From Patescibacteria group bacterium (GTDB lineage: Bacteria > Patescibacteriota > Minisyncoccia > Phycocordibacterales > CSBR16-119), in NCBI GenBank assembly GCA_052033715.1, contig JBPOJJ010000004.1, positions 1 through 52,671 on the forward strand: a stretch of DNA of 52,671 bases. The letters run 5' to 3'. The notes under the pieces were generated by a model. The model worked only from the letters and a program-made list of their open reading frames with translations. It was not told the DNA's origin and did not search any database. Positions 38,741-46,146 of the stretch are shown here, in pieces (position 1 is the first letter of the stretch; each line of letters opens with the position of its first letter). Made by a program: the position numbers and the translations under genes.

Positions 38741-40156
38741 TTATTTCTTAACGATGTTAATACTTAACTCCGCCAACTGTTTGTCAGAAACCTGTGACGG
38801 TGATTGCATCATTGGATCCCTGCCCTCGCGAGTCTTTGGGAAAGCGATAACTTCACGGATGTTTGGTTCGTTTTGCAAGATCATCATCAAGCGATCAAAG
38901 CCCCAAGCAATTCCTCCGTGCGGTGGCGTTCCGGAGGCAAGCGCGCGAAGCATGTGGCCATAATCAGTTTCGATTTTCTCCGGCGTGTAGCCGAGAATTC
39001 CCAAAATATTTTTCAAAATTTCTGGATCATGCGCGCGGATAGATCCGCCACCAATTTCGTAACCATTTAGGACAATGTCATATTGCGCCGCCAAAACGTC
39101 GGCAATATTTTCTTTGTTTATTACGTTCGGCAAATACTCTGGTTTACAGAGTGAAAACGGGTTGTGAGTAAACGTCCACTCACCCTCCGCCTGCGGATTG
39201 TCAGATTTGTCGGTTCGTTCAAAGAATGGAAAATCCACGACCCAGCAGAACGCGAGCAAATCTTTATCTTCCTTGTCTTCACGAATATCTGGTCGATCTG
39301 ATCCGTATTTTTCCATCGCTTCCTTATAAGGAATTCTCGGGAAAGGAATTGATTGAATTTTCTTTTCCGGATAAAGTTCTGTGACAATTTTAATGAGGAG
39401 ATTTTCTGTTACCGACATCACGTCATCCTCTTCGACAAAAGACATTTCCATATCGAGCTGAGTAAATTCTGGCTGTCGATCACCGCGAAGATCTTCATCC
39501 CGCATACAACGCGCGAATTGATAATACCGCTCAATTCCTCCAGCCATCAAAAGCTGCTTGTATTGCTGAGGTGATTGTGGAAGCGCATAAAAGTTTCCTG
39601 GATAGATTCGAGACGGCACGACGTAATCGCGGGCGCCTTCGGGGGTTGATTTAGTGAAAATGGGAGTTTCAACTTCGATAAAATTTTGTCCATCTAAATT
39701 CTGTCGAACAAAATTTTGAACTCTGTGTCGCATACGCAAATTTTTATGAAGTCTCTCGGAACGAATATCAATGTAACGATTTGTCAGTCGTGATTCTTCG
39801 TTGATCTCACGAGTGTCAGAAAGAATATCAAACGGCGGAGTTTCAGCCTTGTTCAAAACTTCCATGCCGAGTACTTCAAGCTCAATGTCGCCATTTAGAA
39901 CACCGGCTTTGATATTTTTCTCCGGTCGGCCATTTACTTTACCAGTAACAGCGACAACCCACTCAGAACGAGTTTCTTTGGCTGTATCCATGGCAGCAGA
40001 TCCTGGTAGGACCACGCCCTGAACGACACCAGTAGCGTCACGAAAATCGAAGAAAATCATTTTTCCCTGGTCTCGGCGAATCTGAATCCAGCCTTTTATA
40101 ACGACCTCTTCCCCTGCGCGACCCGAAAGATCACGAATATAAGTTCTTGATTGCAT
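38741..40156 (-). CDS. aspS: Aspartate-tRNA ligase, bacterial type, lacking the GAD insert
   Basis: ALPQSPQQYKQLLM, RDEDLRGDRQPEFTQLD and PPHGGIAWGFDR motifs; promoter TTGAAA-17-TAAAAT then 7 nt. Confidence 0.95.
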   Translation of the reverse strand: MQSRTYIRDLSGRAGEEVVIKGWIQIRRDQGKMIFFDFRDATGVVQGVVLPGSAAMDTAKETRSEWVVAVTGKVNGRPEKNIKAGVLNGDIELEVLGMEVLNKAETPPFDILSDTREINEESRLTNRYIDIRSERLHKNLRMRHRVQNFVRQNLDGQNFIEVETPIFTKSTPEGARDYVVPSRIYPGNFYALPQSPQQYKQLLMAGGIERYYQFARCMRDEDLRGDRQPEFTQLDMEMSFVEEDDVMSVTENLLIKIVTELYPEKKIQSIPFPRIPYKEAMEKYGSDRPDIREDKEDKDLLAFCWVVDFPFFERTDKSDNPQAEGEWTFTHNPFSLCKPEYLPNVINKENIADVLAAQYDIVLNGYEIGGGSIRAHDPEILKNILGILGYTPEKIETDYGHMLRALASGTPPHGGIAWGFDRLMMILQNEPNIREVIAFPKTREGRDPMMQSPSQVSDKQLAELSINIVKK

Positions 40157-40194
40157 AAAGAGTATTTTAGTATAAAAACGTTTTTTTTTCAACG

Positions 40195-40216
40195 AAAAAG
40201 GCCCGGTGTCCGGGCC
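40195..40216 (-). terminator. Intrinsic terminator
   Basis: GGCCCGG-aca-CCGGGCC-TTTTT on the minus strand. Confidence 0.7.
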
Positions 40217-40236
40217 CTCTTCTCAACGTTGTGGTG

Positions 40237-40908
40237 CTAATGATCATAAGGGAAGGTCTGCCGATGACGAGGCTTCCGATTTCCAAAACCCTTACCTCGT
40301 GGACTCTTACGCCTCGGATCTTTTCGATCTCTGTCACGCGCCTTCCTTTCAGCAAAGGCATATGCGCGCATTTCTTCCGACAGACCGCTATCGATACTTG
40401 CGGTTGGACCTTTCGCGCGTCCATGCAGGGCGTCGTTGAGGCAGGCGTACATCAAACCCTTACCGCCACGGCCCGGCACAATATGCATGAACTGACGACA
40501 CTCGGGATCCGGACAAGGTTCCGAACCCTGGACCACCTGCTTGCACTTCTTGGCCAACATTAACAGGTTGTCTGTGAAGTTCTTGGTGCGACGCAGCACT
40601 TTGCCCCAATAAGCAACGTAATTGTCACTATTGCGTACAATGAGGACGAATCCGTTGTCATGCTCCTTGTAGCTGTTCGTAGCCTTCACGAAGCTGGTCC
40701 AGACCCTTACCGTATAGAGGTTAAGGGTGTACCGAAAACCCTCCTCTCGTCCAGGGTCCACGGACTTGGACACGAGACCATATCGGTATCGGTCGGCCCG
40801 GCTCTCCCTTGGCAGAATAGGCAGGAATTCCTCCGCGACCATGCTTTTTTCCAGACAAAGGAAGTCCTGCGCGTCTGGCTTTGTCTTGGGTGCAGTTTTC
40901 GTCTCCAC
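40237..40908 (-). CDS. Orphan protein with a putative zinc ribbon and a basic tail
   Basis: CPDPEC..M....G.GG...Y.C...H motif; GTG start; terminator downstream. Confidence 0.7.
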   Translation of the reverse strand: METKTAPKTKPDAQDFLCLEKSMVAEEFLPILPRESRADRYRYGLVSKSVDPGREEGFRYTLNLYTVRVWTSFVKATNSYKEHDNGFVLIVRNSDNYVAYWGKVLRRTKNFTDNLLMLAKKCKQVVQGSEPCPDPECRQFMHIVPGRGGKGLMYACLNDALHGRAKGPTASIDSGLSEEMRAYAFAERKARDRDRKDPRRKSPRGKGFGNRKPRHRQTFPYDH

Positions 40909-40974
40909 TGTTCTCTCTTTTTTCGTTTAACGTTAAGTTGCTCTGCGAAGTATAAAAACAGAATTTGGACCAAA

Positions 40975-41001
40975 AGTAAAGACCGGCGCAAAACGCCGGT
41001 C
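40975..41001 (-). terminator. Intrinsic terminator
   Basis: GACCGGCG-ttttg-CGCCGGTC-TTTACT on the minus strand. Confidence 0.7.
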
Positions 41002-41027
41002 TCCACTCTTCCAAAGAACGCTGTCGA

Positions 41028-41453
41028 TCAGGCGGCCCAATTCAGTGGTATCCGTCGATCGACCAAGGTGGGGTTCTCTGCTCGGCAGAGTATCTCCCAA
41101 AGGTCAACGAACTCGTCGTCTTCGTGCCAGTCTCGCCGGTCACGCAGGATCTGCCACCCAGACCATATCGAAGCGATGGTTCGGATGTCCTGATAGCCAC
41201 GCTCACAGAGCAAAGTAGCTACGTGGTCGGCGCATTGGTCCAAACCGTTCAGGCCGGACATCTTGCCGAAGCCTTGCCTCACATATACGGTTGCGAAGCG
41301 GATTGTGAGTTCGCCCACATCTTTTCCGTCACGTATCAGAGGCTTTCCTTGGTCGATCAAGGACTTCCTCCGTTCGACGAAGGCGTCGAGGATACGGTTC
41401 AGTGGTCCTGTCGCAGAAATGGGTATTGTCGGAAGTTCCTGGTTACTGGTCAT
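41028..41453 (-). CDS. Orphan protein, 141 aa, weakly alpha-CTD-like
   Basis: Has its own promoter and terminator; start reassigned to MTSNQ. Confidence 0.65.
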   Translation of the reverse strand: MTSNQELPTIPISATGPLNRILDAFVERRKSLIDQGKPLIRDGKDVGELTIRFATVYVRQGFGKMSGLNGLDQCADHVATLLCERGYQDIRTIASIWSGWQILRDRRDWHEDDEFVDLWEILCRAENPTLVDRRIPLNWAA

Positions 41454-41472
41454 GGTGAAGAGGTTTGTCCAT

Positions 41473-41501
41473 AAAATAACACAACTCACTTCCCTGGTCA
41501 A
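41473..41501 (-). promoter_or_regulatory. Promoter TTGACC-17-TATTTT with extended TG
   Basis: Spacer counted as 17 nt; 19 nt upstream of ATG 41453. Confidence 0.55.
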
Positions 41502-41513
41502 ACCCTCAAAAAC

Positions 41514-41548
41514 AAAGAGGGCCCCGGCAAATGCCAGGGCCCCTTTTC
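41514..41548 (-). terminator. Probable intrinsic terminator
   Basis: GC-rich imperfect inverted repeat (GGGCCC/GGCA arms) with a U-rich tail on the minus strand. Confidence 0.5.
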
Positions 41549-41590
41549 TTCGCTACCCATCTCATGGATGGGCCGTGCATGCCTAGTTGC

Positions 41591-42226
41591 CTAGGCTTCC
41601 ACCTCAATGCCGTTCTGCTCGAGAACGGTCTCGGCGGACTTCACCTCGGAGGCCATGTAATTGGCGACCGCGCGGTAGTGGCTCTCGAGCGCCTGCCAGG
41701 TCGTGGCGGCATTGCGAGTGCCGATCGCGTAGTAGACCTCCTCGCTGATCTCCTTCTTCTCGTCGGAGATGTCGAGGAAGGCCTCGAGCTGGTCCACGTT
41801 GGTCATCGGGATGCGCCCACCTTGGATGGCCTTGCTCAAGGCGTCGGTGATGTTGTGGCTCACCGTCTTGTCCTCGAGACCGTCCGTCATGCGCTCCAGT
41901 TCAGTGAAGACCACATGGATCGTGCTGTCCTTCGGCAGCTTGACCAGGTCCTCCGTCGTGGTTGCCGTGATAGCCTCCACCAGATTGGTCGGCAGGCCGG
42001 TCTTCGGGTACATCAGGAGGTTCTTCATGAGCTGGTCATCGAAGGCCTTCACTTTGATGCCCTTGCTCTTCAGCTCTTCCGCCAACCGCTTCGATCCGCG
42101 GATCACCAGGCCCTTGTCGCTTGCGCGCTTGATCTGGTCGATCGCGTTCTCGGAGAGGCTCACGCCGAGCACCAGGAGGTTCATACCGACGAACTTCACA
42201 TTACCTACGCTTGCTTTCTTCCGCAT
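41591..42226 (-). CDS. GC-rich orphan protein, 211 aa
   Basis: Strong G/C-ending codon bias; has its own promoter and terminator. Confidence 0.8.
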   Translation of the reverse strand: MRKKASVGNVKFVGMNLLVLGVSLSENAIDQIKRASDKGLVIRGSKRLAEELKSKGIKVKAFDDQLMKNLLMYPKTGLPTNLVEAITATTTEDLVKLPKDSTIHVVFTELERMTDGLEDKTVSHNITDALSKAIQGGRIPMTNVDQLEAFLDISDEKKEISEEVYYAIGTRNAATTWQALESHYRAVANYMASEVKSAETVLEQNGIEVEA

Positions 42227-42274
42227 TGGAACTGTTGTTTTTGGGCCTTTGTTTGGTAGGGCCCGAGGTTTAGG

Positions 42275-42302
42275 ATAATAGCACGGTTTAAAAACCTGTC
42301 AA
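42275..42302 (-). promoter_or_regulatory. Promoter TTGACA-16-(TGc)TATTAT
   Basis: Upstream of the 211-aa orphan. Confidence 0.65.
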
Positions 42303-42338
42303 GCAAAAATCCCCAGAACCTAATCTGGGGATTTTTGC
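42303..42338. terminator. Bidirectional terminator
   Basis: GCAAAAATCCCCAGA-acctaa-TCTGGGGATTTTTGC. Confidence 0.85.
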
Positions 42339-42344
42339 TCTAAA

Positions 42345-42407
42345 TTACGCCTTTACTTTCTTTGGTTTCTTCTTCTCCTTCCTTTCTCTATGGTCTCCTT
42401 TTCCCAT
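42345..42407 (-). CDS. 20-aa basic micro-protein MGKGDHRERKEKKKPKKVKA
   Basis: Hand-translated; AT-rich start context; followed directly by a terminator. Confidence 0.55.
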   Translation of the reverse strand: MGKGDHRERKEKKKPKKVKA

Positions 42408-42431
42408 ACAATTTATTTACTAAATTAATAA

Positions 42432-42968
42432 TTAATCCATTGCCTCGTCACCACAATCCGTATCCGTCAGATTCGGTGCAAAAGAAAGTTTGGTCGGATC
42501 TGCATAAACCCATCGCCCCTCCGCGTCTTCTTTCATCTCGCCAAATCCGACAGCCGCGTTACCCTCGCCGAATTTGATGATGAGTTGCTCAGTGTTTGTC
42601 ATGCCCTCGCCAGAAGTTTCCCACCAGGCGTTAATCGTTCGTCCCATTGCGTACGGATCAACAGCGCTAACGGTTCCCTTGAAAATACCCGTCTTTTTAT
42701 CCTTCTCGGCTGGCAACCAGTTGAACTCGCCGATTACGTTTGGTCCACGCAGATCCATGCTGAGTTGCGCTTTATCACCTGCTTCGGTATTCCAGATGAA
42801 GCAAAGTTGTATAGCATTCACATTTGGATCTTCGACAATTGAATTATCGTACTCTCCCGGCATTTGTTGCTCCTCTTTGGCTGGTCGATATATCCAAATC
42901 ACGGCCAATATCGCGATAATGATGAATCCCAAAATTACTTGCCAAACTTTTGTTGTATTTGTTTCCAC
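42432..42968 (-). CDS. Hypothetical membrane-anchored protein
   Basis: N-terminal TM; GTG start 6 nt after TGtTAAAAT. Confidence 0.78.
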   Translation of the reverse strand: METNTTKVWQVILGFIIIAILAVIWIYRPAKEEQQMPGEYDNSIVEDPNVNAIQLCFIWNTEAGDKAQLSMDLRGPNVIGEFNWLPAEKDKKTGIFKGTVSAVDPYAMGRTINAWWETSGEGMTNTEQLIIKFGEGNAAVGFGEMKEDAEGRWVYADPTKLSFAPNLTDTDCGDEAMD

Positions 42969-43078
42969 GATTTTATTTTAACACATTATAAGGACAACCC
43001 AACGAAGCTTGGAATAAAATTGTTTTTATGTAAAATATCTCCGAACAGCTCACGAATCACAACCAAAACCGCAACGCC

Positions 43079-44368
43079 ATGCCTAGCAACTTGATGGATT
43101 TACTGATACCGGCGATCTTCGTCCTGGGATATGCCGCTATCGCCTTTGAGCATCCACTCCGGATAAACAAGGCCGCCTCTGCTCTACTGACAGGATTCTT
43201 GGTGTGGACATTCTGCGCCATCAACATGGGGGGCGAACTTGCCTCCAAACACCTGGTAGAACACATGGGCGACATTTCAAGCATCCTGTTCTTCTTGCTG
43301 GGTGCCATGACTATAGTAGAGATGATCGACGTTCATGACGGTTTTCAGGTTCTTACTGACCGGACCAACGTCCGAAACAAGATCAAGCTCTACTGGTTTG
43401 TCGGCCTTGTCACCTTTTTCCTCTCAGCGGTGCTAGACAACATGACCACGGCAATCGTCATGTCAGCACTGCTTCGAAAGCTGATCAAGAATAAAGAGGA
43501 TCTGTGGAAACTGGCCGGCGTAGTCATCCTCGCGGCAAACGCTGGTGGTGCTTGGTCACCGATTGGTGACGTGACCACCATCATGCTGTGGATCGGTGGA
43601 CAGGTAAGCACGTGGAACATCATCCTGAAGCTTCTCTTGCCAAGCCTGGCCTGCCTAGTCGTACCGCTCTTGTGGTTGACCGCCACATCCCGAGGCAACC
43701 TTGAGCTAAACGCAAAAGAAGCGAGCGGGTTGAATAAGAACGGACTCAGTAAACGAGAAAAGTACCTAGTGCTTTCTCTCGGACTCGGAGCCCTACTTTT
43801 CGTGCCGGTGTTCAAGTCGTACACTGATCTGCCGCCGTTTGTTGGACTACTTGGTGGTTTGGGAATCATGTGGATCACCACGGAACTACTCCACCAACGT
43901 CATCCCAACTTTAGCGAAACCCGCCACCAGTTAGTGGTTACCTCGATCTTGCGGAGAGTGGACGTTCCGAGCGTCATCTTCTTCCTAGGAATCCTCATGG
44001 CTGTTGCCGGACTAGAAACCGCCGGATATCTCGAGAGCCTAGCAAGTTTCCTCGATAGCCGGATCGACAACGTCTATGCGGTCAATGTTCTGATTGGTGG
44101 TTTATCGGCCGTCGTAGACAATGTTCCGCTCGTCGCAGCATCTATGGGAATGTACCCTCTCGATGTTTACCCGACAGACCACATCTTTTGGGAGCTTTTG
44201 GCGCTCTGTGCTGGAACAGGTGGAAGCATGCTCATTATTGGTTCAGCTGCTGGTGTCGCCGTTATGGGCATCTTGGGGATTGACTTCGTGTGGTACATGA
44301 AGAAAATCGGACCCCTGGCTATCCTTGGCTACTTGGCTGGGATCGCGACATTTTGGTTGATGAACTGA
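43079..44368 (+). CDS. nhaD: NhaD-family Na+/H+ antiporter
   Basis: FEHPLRINKAASALL, LSAVLDNMTT, GGAWSPIGDVTT, SAVVDNVPLVA and GTGGSMLIIGSAAG motifs. Confidence 0.92.
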   Translation: MPSNLMDLLIPAIFVLGYAAIAFEHPLRINKAASALLTGFLVWTFCAINMGGELASKHLVEHMGDISSILFFLLGAMTIVEMIDVHDGFQVLTDRTNVRNKIKLYWFVGLVTFFLSAVLDNMTTAIVMSALLRKLIKNKEDLWKLAGVVILAANAGGAWSPIGDVTTIMLWIGGQVSTWNIILKLLLPSLACLVVPLLWLTATSRGNLELNAKEASGLNKNGLSKREKYLVLSLGLGALLFVPVFKSYTDLPPFVGLLGGLGIMWITTELLHQRHPNFSETRHQLVVTSILRRVDVPSVIFFLGILMAVAGLETAGYLESLASFLDSRIDNVYAVNVLIGGLSAVVDNVPLVAASMGMYPLDVYPTDHIFWELLALCAGTGGSMLIIGSAAGVAVMGILGIDFVWYMKKIGPLAILGYLAGIATFWLMN

Positions 44369-44387
44369 CGAACCTGCTGAAAAGCAA

Positions 44388-44415
44388 CGGGCCCGCACTG
44401 GAAAGTGCGGGCCCG
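44388..44415. terminator. Terminator hairpin between convergent genes
   Basis: CGGGCCCGCACT-ggaa-AGTGCGGGCCCG. Confidence 0.75.
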
Positions 44416-44431
44416 AGCTATTTTAAATATA

Positions 44432-44713
44432 TTAAATTTTTATTCTTTTTAAATCAGGATATTTTATTTTACGCTCTGGCGTATAAAACCACCACGGAGT
44501 TTTAGGCGCGCCATTGGCATAATCAACCACGGCCATAAACACATCGAGTAGACAAAGGTCGTGTCTCGCTTTGGTCTTCTTGCAGAGATCGAGATACATC
44601 TTGTAAGGATCTTTTTTCTTCAAATCATAAATTTTTTTAATCCCGAGCATCAACAAGTCCCGCTCAACCCTCTTGCCTACGTTTGGAATATCCGTTAGTT
44701 TCTCTTTCCGCAT
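44432..44713 (-). CDS. Helix-hairpin-helix protein (Cdd1/pathogenicity-locus-like)
   Basis: LTDIPNVGK, DP..MY..LC......HD.CLLDVF and PWW.YT motifs. Confidence 0.8.
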   Translation of the reverse strand: MRKEKLTDIPNVGKRVERDLLMLGIKKIYDLKKKDPYKMYLDLCKKTKARHDLCLLDVFMAVVDYANGAPKTPWWFYTPERKIKYPDLKRIKI

Positions 44714-44871
44714 TATTGAGGAAGCACGTCGGCATTCTCACCGCCGATGTTTTGTTCGCTTATACCATCAGGATTAGCTAAAATCTCATCGTTACCGCTT
44801 ATTCTTTTTACAATAACAACAAGGGCAATAATTACCAAGATAACAACGAGCCCAACAACAAAATTTTTCAT
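44713..44871 (-). CDS. Small single-TM protein, 52 aa (MKNFVVGLVVILVIIALVVIVKRISGNDEILANPDGISEQNIGGENADVLPQ)
   Basis: Hand-translated; TAATG overlap with the next gene. Confidence 0.7.
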   Translation of the reverse strand: MKNFVVGLVVILVIIALVVIVKRISGNDEILANPDGISEQNIGGENADVLPQ

Positions 44872-44889
44872 CGATTTAAAAATTAATTT

Positions 44890-45864
44890 CTAACTTCGCA
44901 GGCCAGTGAGCTTGCGAACTGTTTCCATTTTTTTCTCAGCGAGCTTGCGCATTTTCTTCTCGCCTTTGGCTAAAATATTATACACCTTTTTTGGATTGGC
45001 TTGGAACTTGTCATAAACTTTCCTCATCGGTCCAAAATATTCCAAAGTTTTAGAGAGAAGCATCTTCTTGGCCTCGCCATAACCTAAACCGCCCCCCTCA
45101 AAACCTTTTTTCATAACTTCGCGTTCTTCGTCTGTAGCGAAAAGTTTGTAGATTCTATAAATATTGTTTTCTTCGGCAACTTTCTTATCGGCTGGAGATT
45201 TGGAATCAGTCACAATTCCCATGACGGCTTTTTCGATCTCCGCATCAGTGCCAAACAAAGGAATTACGTTGCCGTAACTTTTCGACATTTTCTGTCCGTC
45301 AGTTCCTGGTACGATTTCGACTTCTTTGACCAAAAGCTCTTTTGGCATTTTAAAAGTCTCGCCAAAAGTGTTATTGAATTTGTTGGCAATCTCTCGGGCC
45401 ATTTCGACATGCTGAACCTGGTCTTTGCCAACCGGCACGACTTCCCCGTCATACATGAGGATGTCAGCAGCCATGAGAACTGGGTAATCAAAAGTCCCAA
45501 CATTTATTTCTGATTTTTTGGCCTGGGCGTCCTTGAAAGCATGCGCTCTTTCAAGCCACGGGACACTTACGAGACAATTAAAAATCCAAGCGAGTTCGGT
45601 GTGTTCTGGAAGAGCTGATTGACGATATAAAACAACGTTTTTTGGATTAAGGCCGATTGCCAAATAAGCACAAATTAAATCGAAAGAAAGCTTCTGCATT
45701 TCCGGACCATTGTGAATACTCGTAAGTCCGTGATAGTCAGCCAAAAAAATATGCACTCTGTACTCTTTCTGTAAATCCACGAATTGCTTCAATGCGCCAA
45801 AATAATTTCCGATATGAAGTCGTCCTGTAGGCTTAGCGCCCGAAACTAGAATCTTTTTTTCCAT
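44890..45864 (-). CDS. trpS: Tryptophan-tRNA ligase
   Basis: KPTGRLHIGN, YPVLMAADIL, VPVGKDQ and KMSKS motifs. Confidence 0.97.
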   Translation of the reverse strand: MEKKILVSGAKPTGRLHIGNYFGALKQFVDLQKEYRVHIFLADYHGLTSIHNGPEMQKLSFDLICAYLAIGLNPKNVVLYRQSALPEHTELAWIFNCLVSVPWLERAHAFKDAQAKKSEINVGTFDYPVLMAADILMYDGEVVPVGKDQVQHVEMAREIANKFNNTFGETFKMPKELLVKEVEIVPGTDGQKMSKSYGNVIPLFGTDAEIEKAVMGIVTDSKSPADKKVAEENNIYRIYKLFATDEEREVMKKGFEGGGLGYGEAKKMLLSKTLEYFGPMRKVYDKFQANPKKVYNILAKGEKKMRKLAEKKMETVRKLTGLRS

Positions 45865-45894
45865 CGCCTAATTTTAGCAGAAATTTTTTTATAT

Positions 45895-46025
45895 AAAAAT
45901 GACAAGAGCCGGAGGACGTCCGGCTCTTGGGAGGGTGTTCCTTCTCCACGGCTTCCTGTTCACCTGAACAAGGCTTGGAATGCAGCTTCCATGACGTGTG
46001 TGGGTTGGTGGATGATGAGCAATGT
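45895..46025 (-). ncRNA. Candidate sRNA of about 130 nt, optionally encoding the 10-aa peptide MEAAFQALFR (45960..45992)
   Basis: Promoter at 46032-46060; terminator CAAGAGCCGGA/TCCGGCTCTTG at 45903-45929; internal hairpins. Confidence 0.55.
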
Positions 46026-46031
46026 GAGAAC

Positions 46032-46060
46032 ATCCTAACATGGATAAAAATATTTGTCAA
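46032..46060 (-). promoter_or_regulatory. Promoter TTGACA-17-(TGt)TAGGAT
   Basis: Near consensus with a 17-nt spacer. Confidence 0.7.
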
Positions 46061-46146
46061 GCATCCCACCCTTATCCCCTTTCTCCACACAATCCCCACA
46101 AAATTGTCTATATTTTTGGAGAGCGTCAACATGCTAGAATCTCTCT

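Noticed and set aside
40660-41193. 177-aa plus-strand ORF
   Set aside because: It overlaps two minus-strand genes and a terminator; it is a shadow ORF.
41531-42259. 242-aa plus-strand ORF, and 41769..42278
   Set aside because: These are antisense shadows of the GC3-biased 211-aa gene and have no promoter or terminator of their own.
45895-46060. T-box riboswitch or Trp attenuator for trpS, or SRP RNA
   Set aside because: No T-box consensus is present, the short ORF has no Trp codon, and trpS has its own -10 box. TCAGGTGAACAGGAAG resembles SRP helix 8 but folds as a different hairpin without the GNRA loop.
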